A stretch of 64,000 bases of DNA, taken from IMG/VR virus record IMGVR_UViG_3300045988_054550, positions 1 through 64,000 of that record. One strand, written 5' to 3'. Position numbers and translations under genes: made by a program. Below, in pieces: positions 45,295-54,727 of the stretch. Below the pieces are notes generated by a model. That model was not told the origin of the DNA. It searched no databases and was given only the letters and a program-made list of their open reading frames with translations. The stretch is from a virus. The first letter of the stretch is position 1. Each line of letters opens with the position of its first letter.

Positions 45295-47028
45295 TCATAC
45301 CTCCAATTCTGTTAATGCTACTGCGTATTCACTGTTGACGTAGGCTTCTGCCGCCTGCAAATCAGTATCCTGAGTACGTGCATCCATATCATAGATATAA
45401 TTTCTCGTATCGCCTATCTGCTGTTTTACATAGTTCCAACCGTTCTCCATTGAAATCGGATAATTGAATACTGTATATCCGTCAAGCTGTTCGGAATTGA
45501 TAAATATATTTGTGACTGGATAATAGGTTGCAAGTGATTTGAATGCGGCAATTTCTTCGGGTGCGAGGTCGATTTCTGTTGGATTGGCTAATTGGTATAT
45601 AATTCTTGTTCCATACACTTCATTTTTAAACGCACTCAAATCGTCTGTATTAGAATGAAATGCGATTGGTTTGAGATTATCATGCGTTGATAGCCAACAT
45701 CTATAAATATATTTGTTATCTGTCCTATCTACTAAAGCTACGCCTTGATATTTAGTAGTTTGCAGTCTTGCTATATCATCGCTGTTATCACTTATTACAA
45801 ATACATCATCCATTCCATAAACAAAAAATGTATTAGTAGTAATTCTCGTAATTTGATTCATGTCAGAGATAACACATTCTCCAACCATCCTCACCAATTT
45901 CCCTCTCTCCACATCCACATAATCCGCAATATACTGCTGACCATCGATTGTGACGTTACCACCTGAGTTTACAGGGATTGCATTCAATGTGTATGGGAGG
46001 GCGACGGTCTTAAATTGTGTTCCATCTTCATTTGATAATTTTACAGTCGGATTCACCACGCTCTTAATCTCCTGCGGATAGTCAGGATTTGGGCTTGGAA
46101 TACCGCCGGTGTAGGGTTCGTAGGATGTAGCTTCAAGATTTTTAGTTAGCATAATCTCATTCGTTTCATTTGATGTAGTATTTGAATATCTGATAGTAAG
46201 ACATACTTCTGTTTCTTCATCAAGCGTAAATGTCGTATCAGTTTTTCCTTCTGAAATCGTAGCGATAGCTGAATAATCTCTTTTGGATAATCCTATTTTC
46301 AACGCAGAAATATTTTTCAATAGCATTTTATAGGTTCCTGGCGCAAGAGTTATATATCTATTAGTTGAAGTATAGCCACCTGCGCCTGAAATTGTGCCAC
46401 TTACTGAATATCCAAATTTTGTACTGGTTATTCTTGCGCCATTATATGTTTGAGAATAATCTTCATAATCCATATAATAAATATTATCCCCACTATACTG
46501 TTTCTGCTCAGACTTCCCATACAGCATCATATCCATAATTTTGCCGCTATCAGAATCGGCAAGATGGGTTTCGCCTTGTGAACTTGCATAGAATTTGGCG
46601 ATTTTGGTGGATATATCTTCCTTTAGTGAACCAGTTTCCGTTTTCAGTGAAGCAATGTCTGTCTTGTTCTGCTCAATCTGCTGTGCCTGTTCTGTCGTGG
46701 CTCCAGGCTTGACTGGATTCTTTTCAAAATATTCCGTAACTAATCTTTGCATTACCGTCTCTGCTTCTTCTTTTGTGAGATACAGTGACATATCAATTGG
46801 AGCGCCCATAGTGTCCCAAACTACGCCGTTCCATGCCACATTCATTCCTGCTTCGCCGTAGACCGACTTAGACTCGATATTGTACATATCGCCAATGTCT
46901 GGATTTAATGGAAGCAAATCAGCAGTCGCAACTGTACCTCTGTATCTTACAGGGCTATTTAATTTTGCTTCCATATCGGAAATCTGGCGTTTTAATATTG
47001 CATATACTTTCTTTGCTGTTAATGCCAT
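45295..47028 (-). CDS. fibre-like protein 1 (577 aa)
   Basis: Shared motif RYRGTVATADLLPLNPDIGDMYNIESKSVYGEAGMNVAWNGVVWDTMGAPIDMS; AAGGAG RBS. Confidence 0.6.
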   Translation of the reverse strand: MALTAKKVYAILKRQISDMEAKLNSPVRYRGTVATADLLPLNPDIGDMYNIESKSVYGEAGMNVAWNGVVWDTMGAPIDMSLYLTKEEAETVMQRLVTEYFEKNPVKPGATTEQAQQIEQNKTDIASLKTETGSLKEDISTKIAKFYASSQGETHLADSDSGKIMDMMLYGKSEQKQYSGDNIYYMDYEDYSQTYNGARITSTKFGYSVSGTISGAGGYTSTNRYITLAPGTYKMLLKNISALKIGLSKRDYSAIATISEGKTDTTFTLDEETEVCLTIRYSNTTSNETNEIMLTKNLEATSYEPYTGGIPSPNPDYPQEIKSVVNPTVKLSNEDGTQFKTVALPYTLNAIPVNSGGNVTIDGQQYIADYVDVERGKLVRMVGECVISDMNQITRITTNTFFVYGMDDVFVISDNSDDIARLQTTKYQGVALVDRTDNKYIYRCWLSTHDNLKPIAFHSNTDDLSAFKNEVYGTRIIYQLANPTEIDLAPEEIAAFKSLATYYPVTNIFINSEQLDGYTVFNYPISMENGWNYVKQQIGDTRNYIYDMDARTQDTDLQAAEAYVNSEYAVALTELEV

Positions 47029-47041
47029 ATGTGCTTCTCCT

Positions 47042-47284
47042 TTACAGTTTGTACCATGTATCGGTAGGTTTGTGATATTCGTATAATTCAGATGTATCAA
47101 GACACAACGCCGAAGAACCACTCTCTACATAATGTGGGAGCTTTGATACATCTTTTGAAAGCCCCTCGTAATCACGAACCATACCTTTTGCATCTGTACA
47201 TACCCAACTACCTAAATCCGGCAATTCATCACCGGGATTGTACTGAATGCCATCAAAAATAATTGTGTTTTCTGCTTTTGCCAT
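47042..47284 (-). CDS. stand-alone fibre N-domain protein (80 aa)
   Basis: Clear alignment by eye to residues 9-88 of ORF 43936-45030. Confidence 0.6.
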   Translation of the reverse strand: MAKAENTIIFDGIQYNPGDELPDLGSWVCTDAKGMVRDYEGLSKDVSKLPHYVESGSSALCLDTSELYEYHKPTDTWYKL

Positions 47285-47671
47285 CTATGCAATCATCCTT
47301 TCTGCCCCAATGGGAGCTACATATGTGAACTGGTTTCCTAAGATATCTCTGGCCGTGCCAATAACAAACTGTCCATAGTCTGCCAGAATATTACATACAA
47401 ATTCCTCCGCGTCCACCCAATACCGTTTCTTAACCATACGATGAAGTTCTGGTAATAGACCATAACTGAACATCACGCAATGCCCTAACTCATGAATAAA
47501 TACACGGTTCAGAAGTTCTCCATATAGGCTATTTGCGATTGAAATAACGTGGGTGGAATAATCCGATACTCCAAGCGTTCTATTGCCTGTACGGTCAATT
47601 AACACGCTGTCATGCGGAGATACAAACTGCACTCTCCATAGGTCACCGTTCATGTAAAATTGTCTTAGCAT
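47285..47671 (-). CDS. HExxH zinc-metallopeptidase-like protein (128 aa)
   Basis: FIHELGHCV motif. Confidence 0.5.
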   Translation of the reverse strand: MLRQFYMNGDLWRVQFVSPHDSVLIDRTGNRTLGVSDYSTHVISIANSLYGELLNRVFIHELGHCVMFSYGLLPELHRMVKKRYWVDAEEFVCNILADYGQFVIGTARDILGNQFTYVAPIGAERMIA

Positions 47672-47746
47672 GGCTTATCACCATCCTTTTCTCAACTAAA
47701 AAGCCCCTGCTACATTCCTGTAACAAGGGCAAAATTCATATTATAT

Positions 47747-48373
47747 TCAGTTCATCTGCTGTATGAAACGTGTTAAGTCAGTCTTCATCTGCTGTCTGAT
47801 TGATGCGTCTGCATCATCCCACATTTCTTTCATATTGCGGATGATATCTTCTGTATACTCTTTCATGGAATCATCCATTTTTCTCTTAGACTCAGCGTCT
47901 TTGGAATCATGGTAATGTCTGCGATTCTCGCTGTATCTGTCGTAGGTTTCACCATATCTGGACTGCTTATGGTTCATTCCGTCCATTCTCATGCCACTAC
48001 GGTCTGGATGATATCCCATGCGGTACATGTTCTGATCAAACTCTGGATTGATCGGATATTCGCTTATCCAGTCATCATCCTGCATATGAAGATATGGCAT
48101 ATATCCCATTCGGCTTCCTCTGCCTTTTGGTGCAAATCTGCCGTTTGCGTAACGATATCTGTCATATCCCATGCGTCCAAGATACTTCTCTTCCTGCTCG
48201 CATTCGTCCATAGCTTCTACGATTCTGTAATCCTTATCTGCACAAATCGCACACTTTACAGCTTCCATGCAGTCTTTCAAATCGTCCCAGTCTTGAGCGC
48301 TGAGATTGTCAAATCCATGTGCTTTGGCTTTTTCCATAGCCCATTTTCCCATTTCCATTGCAACTTTATGCAT
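47747..48373 (-). CDS. M/Y/R/D-rich low-complexity protein (208 aa)
   Basis: Repeated RMGY and DRY motifs. Confidence 0.5.
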   Translation of the reverse strand: MHKVAMEMGKWAMEKAKAHGFDNLSAQDWDDLKDCMEAVKCAICADKDYRIVEAMDECEQEEKYLGRMGYDRYRYANGRFAPKGRGSRMGYMPYLHMQDDDWISEYPINPEFDQNMYRMGYHPDRSGMRMDGMNHKQSRYGETYDRYSENRRHYHDSKDAESKRKMDDSMKEYTEDIIRNMKEMWDDADASIRQQMKTDLTRFIQQMN

Positions 48374-48798
48374 TACATTGCCCCCTTTCTGGCAGCCTGT
48401 GTAACAGGTGTGTCTGTCGTTGGGGCTGTGCCATTAATTGCTGTTAAATTGTTACTCGGACTACAAGCCGGATTTCCTAACATCTTGAATACTCCGCCGG
48501 TTACACTTGTAGCTACTCTGGTTGCGTACTTTGTTCTGGTTCTTATTCCGCAAGCCGTAACCTGTGCGCAGCAACGATTCTCTAGCGGATACAAAGTTGT
48601 TCCTGTTCCTATCTGAATCATTACCGGGGCAGTAATTGTAGTGGCTTCCGGTATGCTTTGCGCAACAACAATACAATATTTCTCTCCATTGTTGTAACTG
48701 CCTGCCGGAAGTGTGATTACAAGATTGCCTCCTGTAAACGCAACGGCTTGGCTGATTACAAGATGGTTGCAGAGCTTACAAACACTTTTACAACTCAT
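48373..48798 (-). CDS. Cys-bearing beta-rich protein (141 aa)
   Basis: N-terminal MSCKSVCKLC, internal CC and C..C. Confidence 0.5.
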   Translation of the reverse strand: MSCKSVCKLCNHLVISQAVAFTGGNLVITLPAGSYNNGEKYCIVVAQSIPEATTITAPVMIQIGTGTTLYPLENRCCAQVTACGIRTRTKYATRVATSVTGGVFKMLGNPACSPSNNLTAINGTAPTTDTPVTQAARKGAM

Positions 48799-48877
48799 AT
48801 TTTATACCTCTCAATCAAAATAAGAGGTGAGCCATAACCCACCTCTTAGAATTAGTCAACCTCTAAGGGTGAGTTAC

Positions 48878-49687
48878 TTAGCAGCATCCACTGTTGCATC
48901 CGCATCCGCCGTAATAGGTATTCGGATTCGGAACAACATATGCCGGAATAGCCGCCGGATTAATTGCATTGATTAACTGCTGAGTCTGTGAAGCCATAGC
49001 AGTTGTAAGCAATGCGGACTGACGATCCTGAGATGCAGCACGTTTCAGATCAGTATTTTCTGCCTGTAATGTTGCAATCTTATCCTGAGTCAGGAAGTCA
49101 AGGATTGCTCTTGTGTTGCTGTTCTGGTTTTCCAGAAGATCTCTGGTGTTGTTGTTCATTGTGTTCTGGAGAGCACAAGTGTTGGTAGCAAGGTTGTAGT
49201 TAATACCCTGTATAGCTTCTCTTGTTTCACAGCAACAGCTTGCTAACTGAGACTGTAAGGCATTGGTATTCTGCATACCTGCTACTGTATCAGCATTGAT
49301 AGCCTGCTGAACGCCATTGAAGCCCTGAAGCATTCCAACGTTCATGCCATTAAAGCCACTCTGCATGGTATTGTTAAGAGAATATGTGCTGTCACAGATA
49401 CCCTGCTGAATACCTCTGATACCATTCTGAATATCATTAAGGGCGAATTCCTCATTAATATCCGCACGTGTGGCCCATCCTTGGAATCCAGCACCATTTG
49501 CACCGTTTCCACCATTGCCGCCAAAGCCGCCGCCCCAGCCGCCAAAACCTCCCCAGCCGAAGATTGCGAAGATCAGGACAAGCCAGATAAGTGAAAAGCC
49601 ATCACCGCCCCACATATCATTTGCGCGACTATTAGAGCCTGTAGCAGCTGCAATGTCGCTAAGGCTGTAATTTGAACCATTCATCAT
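48878..49687 (-). CDS. Gly-rich, single-pass membrane protein with Cys-rich C-terminus (269 aa)
   Basis: LIWLVLIFAIFGWGGFGGWGGGFGGNGGNGANG; N/Q-rich repeats; C-terminal YYGGCGCNSGCC. Confidence 0.5.
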   Translation of the reverse strand: MMNGSNYSLSDIAAATGSNSRANDMWGGDGFSLIWLVLIFAIFGWGGFGGWGGGFGGNGGNGANGAGFQGWATRADINEEFALNDIQNGIRGIQQGICDSTYSLNNTMQSGFNGMNVGMLQGFNGVQQAINADTVAGMQNTNALQSQLASCCCETREAIQGINYNLATNTCALQNTMNNNTRDLLENQNSNTRAILDFLTQDKIATLQAENTDLKRAASQDRQSALLTTAMASQTQQLINAINPAAIPAYVVPNPNTYYGGCGCNSGCC

Positions 49688-49783
49688 GTTTTTAGTCTCC
49701 TTAAATTTTATTTACAATAGGAGACATCCGCGGCTGTCGTCCCGAATTGTAGCGATTTTTAATCACCCAATTGTGGGGAAGTG

Positions 49784-50029
49784 TTATAATCCAAGGAATT
49801 TCTGGATAATTCCATCTGGTGATAAGTGCTTTTCATTAAATACATTTTGCTGTATTTGATGTAACTGGTCTGTATCACCTTTTTTGTATAAATCCAACGC
49901 ATTCTTCAATGTTGGATTATTTCCTGCAAATTTACTCATATCGTTCATCATGTTGTCAACACTTCCGAACCTCTGAGAAATCATTCTTTCAAGTTGCTTT
50001 TTCATCATGGCGTTTGGGTTGAAATTCAT
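49784..50029 (-). CDS. hypothetical protein (81 aa)
   Basis: ORF track. Confidence 0.45.
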   Translation of the reverse strand: MNFNPNAMMKKQLERMISQRFGSVDNMMNDMSKFAGNNPTLKNALDLYKKGDTDQLHQIQQNVFNEKHLSPDGIIQKFLGL

Positions 50030-50523
50030 CTCTGCCTACCTCCATTCTGCTTAGGTTCCGATGTCCCCGACATCTGCGTCGGAAACATATTCTTTATTTC
50101 AGAAATCTCCGAACAAACATCATTCCGAAGTTGATTAAACATTGCTTCAATGTCAATCTGCTTTTCATCTTGCTTAGATTGCTGTTCGTCTGGATTTACG
50201 AGTCGGTAAACAAAAATCCTGCTTCTTCCATCGGATTGAAGCTGTTTTCTGTAAATTTCAGTTCCGTCTGTTTTTGGATAGTAAACAGGATTACCGGACA
50301 TATCCACATCTTTAGCCTTTACAGTATCAATCCCATCCACCATCTGTCCTTGAAGCATAGGTGATTGTGGAACCGGCTGTAACTGTTGCATCTGTATTTG
50401 ACCATAAGGCATTGCCTGCTGATAATTATTTTGCAGTTGAGCCAGCCTGTCCTGATACGGCTGTATCTGTCCGTATGGATTGTTTATTATTGGTTGTTGC
50501 GGATAATACGGATAACCTGCCAT
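50026..50523 (-). CDS. Q/P/Y-rich protein (165 aa)
   Basis: Start trimmed to the ATG after GGAGGA; MAGYPYYPQQPIINNPYGQIQPYQ.. Confidence 0.5.
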   Translation of the reverse strand: MAGYPYYPQQPIINNPYGQIQPYQDRLAQLQNNYQQAMPYGQIQMQQLQPVPQSPMLQGQMVDGIDTVKAKDVDMSGNPVYYPKTDGTEIYRKQLQSDGRSRIFVYRLVNPDEQQSKQDEKQIDIEAMFNQLRNDVCSEISEIKNMFPTQMSGTSEPKQNGGRQR

Positions 50524-50678
50524 AATCTGTTCCTCCTGTCCGGGATTCAAGAATCATATCCATATCATCTATAGAACGATGCTTTTCCCATATACCCTCG
50601 TAAGGGTTTCTTAACATAATCATTGTGTTTTCTCCTATGATTATATTATATAGGAAGGAACTCTGTTTTTGAACGTCA

Positions 50679-50933
50679 CTATTTCGCCACGTTTTCGCCA
50701 CAATACAAAGAAAAGCCCCGACAGTACATCGGGGCAACTTTAGAAATTTTCTTCTTTATTCTTTTATTAATTCGGTCTATGGTTCTTGGACTATACCCCA
50801 TAAGTTCAGATGCTTCCCATAGTGTCTTTTCGCCATAGACCCGTAATCGAAACAGTTTTTCTTCTCTGGAATCGAAGCCTGCTTCTTTTAAATAAAATTT
50901 TCTTTCATCTTCTGAAAAGTCTGTATAATTCAT
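50679..50933 (-). CDS. small sigma-70 region-4-like HTH protein (84 aa)
   Basis: ..EKTLWEASELMGYSPRTIDRINKRIKKKI..; GGGAGGA RBS. Confidence 0.55.
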   Translation of the reverse strand: MNYTDFSEDERKFYLKEAGFDSREEKLFRLRVYGEKTLWEASELMGYSPRTIDRINKRIKKKISKVAPMYCRGFSLYCGENVAK

Positions 50934-50962
50934 ATTTCCACCGTCCTCCCTTACAAGTGGAA

Positions 50963-51274
50963 TCAAACTGGAAGAATACCGCTTAACATAAAACCGATAA
51001 CTGCGCTGACAATAGATGTAATAACACATACAATGATTGTATCGTAACGCTTTCCCGGGACTGCCATGAGAGTCTTTATATTGTTATTCATCTCATCCAC
51101 AGTTGACTTGATATGATTCAAGTCGTTTTCACTTAATGCCGTTTTTCTTTCCAGTTCCCCGATACGCTCATAAAACTCCTTATGTCGGTCGGATTGTCTT
51201 TCTTGCATCTTTCGAAGATTATCTTCTAATTCTGCTATGCGGTGTTCATTAAAACATTCGTGTTCACATCCCAT
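50963..51274 (-). CDS. XhlA-like protein (coiled coil + C-terminal TM, 103 aa)
   Basis: The architecture and length match the recalled XhlA family. Confidence 0.5.
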   Translation of the reverse strand: MGCEHECFNEHRIAELEDNLRKMQERQSDRHKEFYERIGELERKTALSENDLNHIKSTVDEMNNNIKTLMAVPGKRYDTIIVCVITSIVSAVIGFMLSGILPV

Positions 51275-51387
51275 CGCCAGTTCCTTTCTTCACTCCCTTA
51301 ACATTTGCTTTTCCCTACTGAATATAAGCAACCCAGCGGCACTCCGGGAGGACAAAAAATACTGTGCCACGTGACCCAACCATCTTA

Positions 51388-51714
51388 TTAAATTAAACTT
51401 CCTACAAATGGAAAAACGCCATGACTAATATATATTTCCGTTTCGGATTTCCATTTTCGACTTACTGAATTTTCAGAATGCGATTCTTGGAACTCGGCTC
51501 CCTGTTTCACAAGGAAATAGAGAGCCAGATCAAATATACAATCATAACAGTATTCCATATCGGTATTGATTTTTTCCTCTGTATATCCAGACGGATAGTT
51601 GCGCTTCTTTTTAAATGAACGAATTGCACGCTTCACAGACAAAGAAATCATACCGTCAGTTTCCGCATCATCGGATAGATACTCTTTCAGATCATTTACA
51701 AGCCGTTCGTCCAT
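51388..51714 (-). CDS. gp6-like head-tail connector protein
   Basis: N-terminal ..LKEYLSDD..DGMISLSVKRA.. pattern; sits after the capsid gene. Confidence 0.55.
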   Translation of the reverse strand: MDERLVNDLKEYLSDDAETDGMISLSVKRAIRSFKKKRNYPSGYTEEKINTDMEYCYDCIFDLALYFLVKQGAEFQESHSENSVSRKWKSETEIYISHGVFPFVGSLI

Positions 51715-51724
51715 TTAAGATCAC

Positions 51725-51829
51725 CTACCCTTGCTGAGATAAAATTTCTGAGATAATACCAGCCTTGTTTGTCGATGTCAGGGCATAGCCATTGTCACTT
51801 GCGAGCTGTTTCAGTTGAACTACTGTCAT
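51725..51829 (-). CDS. small HeH/SAP-like protein (34 aa or more)
   Basis: MTVVQLKQLASDNGYALTSTNKAGIISEILSQQG, a Rho-N-like motif. The frame is open further upstream without an ATG. Confidence 0.35.
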   Translation of the reverse strand: MTVVQLKQLASDNGYALTSTNKAGIISEILSQQG

Positions 51830-51909
51830 GCTTGACAGCTCGCTTTCTGTATACTTGCGTTTACTTGCTACAGATGGTGACTGGCTGTTCTCGTCAAGAC
51901 TATGCCCGT

Positions 51910-52947
51910 TTATTCCCCCGCTTTGGTGCCGATTACGATACCACCATTAGCTTTTGGTACAACAGGAACGAACATACCGGATGCTTTTGTCCATACTGCC
52001 ACAGGGTCTGGAGTGGCCCACATAGACAGTGTTACGAAAGAACGGTTCTCTTCTTGTATAAACTGTCTGTATTCAAGTTCCTCTCGTGTTACGCCCCAGA
52101 GTCCAGTACCAAATGAACCGTTTGGCTCTGCTTCATACAGCGTGAATACATCTTCTTTGAAGTATCTTCCTGTTTTGAGAGAACCATCCGCTTTTCTGAA
52201 TCTGAATTTTTCGTCACAACGATCAATTGTGATTCCGTATTCCTGCATAAGCAGATTTGCAAGCTCCTGTTTTGTTAAGAGACGTTTGTTCGCTGCTCCC
52301 AGAACTGCTGTCTGCATTGCAGTGTTGTTTCTCATGTAGTTAATCATTTTAAGTGATGTCAGGGCTTTGTTTACCACAAATCCATTATCTTCTGCAATAG
52401 CGACCATCTTCTGGATATCACCCATGATATCTGCATCTGGTTTAGACCAGTCTGTCATTTCTACTTTTGCATCGGACGGAACGCCATAATCAATGCTCAT
52501 ATCCACATTGTTTTCTTTAATTTTTACAACACCTGTGCTAAGAAATTGGCCTTTCATGACATTTGCTCTAGCAACAACTCCTTCAAACAGATTAGCTGCA
52601 TCATCAAATACAAATTTCTTTAAATTCTCATCATCCGGCACACCATTTTCAATTGCCTGCTGTAATCTCTCAGACTGATTGATTTTTCTCTTAATAAAGA
52701 GCTTTTCAGTCAGGACTTTTTCGAAGCCCGGTCTTGTTCCGATTTCTGCTTCAGTATCAAGTGCATGAACGAATGCTACCTCTGGAAGTCTCTGTCCAGC
52801 CATAAGTCTGTAGTATTCAGCTTTCAGAAACTGTGTTTTGACATCCGGGAAGATGGTGTCAAGAATGCCCGGCCTTTTTACGCTGAAATCCTGAGAAAAG
52901 TTAAGTCTTTCTTCCGGTGTGATTGATTCTAAAATATTAAATGGCAT
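51910..52947 (-). CDS. major capsid protein (capsid protein E-like)
   Basis: Size, position after the scaffold gene, recalled N-terminal pattern. Confidence 0.75.
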   Translation of the reverse strand: MPFNILESITPEERLNFSQDFSVKRPGILDTIFPDVKTQFLKAEYYRLMAGQRLPEVAFVHALDTEAEIGTRPGFEKVLTEKLFIKRKINQSERLQQAIENGVPDDENLKKFVFDDAANLFEGVVARANVMKGQFLSTGVVKIKENNVDMSIDYGVPSDAKVEMTDWSKPDADIMGDIQKMVAIAEDNGFVVNKALTSLKMINYMRNNTAMQTAVLGAANKRLLTKQELANLLMQEYGITIDRCDEKFRFRKADGSLKTGRYFKEDVFTLYEAEPNGSFGTGLWGVTREELEYRQFIQEENRSFVTLSMWATPDPVAVWTKASGMFVPVVPKANGGIVIGTKAGE

Positions 52948-52960
52948 CTGCTGTACCTCC

Positions 52961-53305
52961 TTAAAATTCTGGGTCTGTAGTAGTCACAAAAACGATACCT
53001 GCTTTTTCAAGCTCTGTTTTTGCAGTGGTTTCTACTGTTACCGGAAGTCTTTTTTCAAGAACACGTCCTGCAACAATAACGGAAATCGGTCTCTTAGCAT
53101 CGTCCGTCATATCAACATCTTCAAACACGATACCTTTAGCACCAGTTGCATTTGTCGGATATACGGAACCTGCTTTGATAATCTTCTTAGTTCCAACGGT
53201 TTCAGCATTTGTCTGCTCTGCTGTATAGGTTTTAAGTACAAGCCCTACCTCGGATTCAAGGATGTTAGGTGTGGATTCGTACTGCTCTGTTTTCATAAAA
53301 GCCAT
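52961..53305 (-). CDS. putative head decoration/structural protein (114 aa)
   Basis: Lies between the scaffold and capsid genes. Confidence 0.45.
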   Translation of the reverse strand: MAFMKTEQYESTPNILESEVGLVLKTYTAEQTNAETVGTKKIIKAGSVYPTNATGAKGIVFEDVDMTDDAKRPISVIVAGRVLEKRLPVTVETTAKTELEKAGIVFVTTTDPEF

Positions 53306-53323
53306 AATCTAAATCTCCTTTAC

Positions 53324-53950
53324 TTAAATATTTACTGGGGCATTATCATCTGCCGGTTTATTTTCTGGACACATTTTTGCTGAGTACGCTTTTGCGTATT
53401 CAGATGCTTCGCTTTTCTTTTCTGGTTCTCCACCAGATTTACCGCCACCGGGATTAGGTGTATTTTCAAGTGCTTCTTTCTCCCAAGCTGCTTTTGCGGT
53501 ATCAAGAGCGTTTTTATTTTCTACGGAAATTCCATCGACAAATGTCTGGGCTTCTTTGAGAGCATCCTCTGCGTTCATGTTGGAAAACGCTTTGATTGCT
53601 CCTGCATAGGCATCTCCTTTCATTCCTGCATTAGCAAAAATAGAAGTAATTTTGCCTGTCAGAGCTTCTTTCTGGGAAGTTGCAAGTGCAGATTCAAGGT
53701 CAGAAATTCTTTTTTCGTTTGCAGCTTTTTCTTTCTGACGTTCCAGTTCTGCTTTCTCAGCTTCAGTCATGTTCTGTTTTTTTAATTCTTCCAGTTCTTT
53801 TTCCAGTGCTTCTGCTTTATCAGCCTGTTCTTTTGCTTTCTGGGCTTTTGCTTTCTCTTTAGCCACATCAGAATTTGACTGATTCAGAAAAGAAGTAATC
53901 TGGTCATCGGTTGCATCTGGAAAAATCCTTTTAACATCTTCTCTTGTCAT
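53324..53950 (-). CDS. scaffold protein (DUF4355-like)
   Basis: Charged coiled-coil protein, N-terminal ..FPDATDDQITSFLNQ..; position. Confidence 0.6.
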   Translation of the reverse strand: MTREDVKRIFPDATDDQITSFLNQSNSDVAKEKAKAQKAKEQADKAEALEKELEELKKQNMTEAEKAELERQKEKAANEKRISDLESALATSQKEALTGKITSIFANAGMKGDAYAGAIKAFSNMNAEDALKEAQTFVDGISVENKNALDTAKAAWEKEALENTPNPGGGKSGGEPEKKSEASEYAKAYSAKMCPENKPADDNAPVNI

Positions 53951-54073
53951 TGAAATCTCCTGTCACCAATACGCTTTTTTACGCTGTTCGCTCAGCTCAA
54001 GGTGTCTCCCATGTTCACGCTATCGGGGTGCATATTTTTTAAATAAAAAGAGACGATTTTACTCGTCCCTAAA

Positions 54074-54727
54074 TTAACTATATTGAATTGAGCACCGGCA
54101 ATTCACAATCTCGTCTGCCGAAGCTCCTAATGAGGTATCTTTGGGAAATTGTAGCAAGCTATCTCCAACCGAAAACGGCTCATCAATCGGGAGCGTGGTT
54201 CCTCCGACTTCAAGATGTGTCTTTCGTTCTCTTTTGTCTCCTACGTCAACCCATTTCTTCTTTGTCTTTCCTGCTTTTACAGCATTTGAATACTGTCTGT
54301 AATTCAGTATCGAATTAGCTTCGCATTCTGAAATAAACATTGCCCGGTCGTTTGACAGGTAATAATCATCAGTAATGCTTTTATCTTCGGAAGAAAATCT
54401 TTCAAATGTTGCATCAATAATTTGTTGTGTCACGCCAAGAGCATATTACTTGATATATGTGTCTATAAGCGTATACGAAGCAATTACATCCAGATATTTG
54501 TCATAAAATTGAGTCTGGATATATTCTCGGTTTGTTTCTCCGCTTTCTATGGTTGTTTCTATCAGCGCCAAAATATAAAGGACAACTTCTTCCATTTTTT
54601 CGGAAAAAGCTATCCTTTCTTGTTTTTCTTTGTCTGATATCGACATTTTGCTGAAATATTCTTTATATGGTTCGCTTCTGCGGTTACTGGGTCTGATATT
54701 TAATTCATCGTATGATGAAACATTCAT
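54074..54727 (-). CDS. gp7/MuF-like head morphogenesis protein, split by an in-frame TAA (54446-54448)
   Basis: The C-terminal part has the MuF pattern ..W....D.R.R..H......G....PF..G.....P......NCRC. ORFs 54446-54727 and 54074-54433 are in the same frame. Confidence 0.6.

Noticed and set aside
43936-47284. Diversity-generating retroelement (template/variable repeat) acting on the paralogous fibre genes
   Set aside because: There is no reverse transcriptase ORF anywhere in the window. The shared segments are at the N-terminal and central parts, not a C-terminal variable region with adenine-specific differences.
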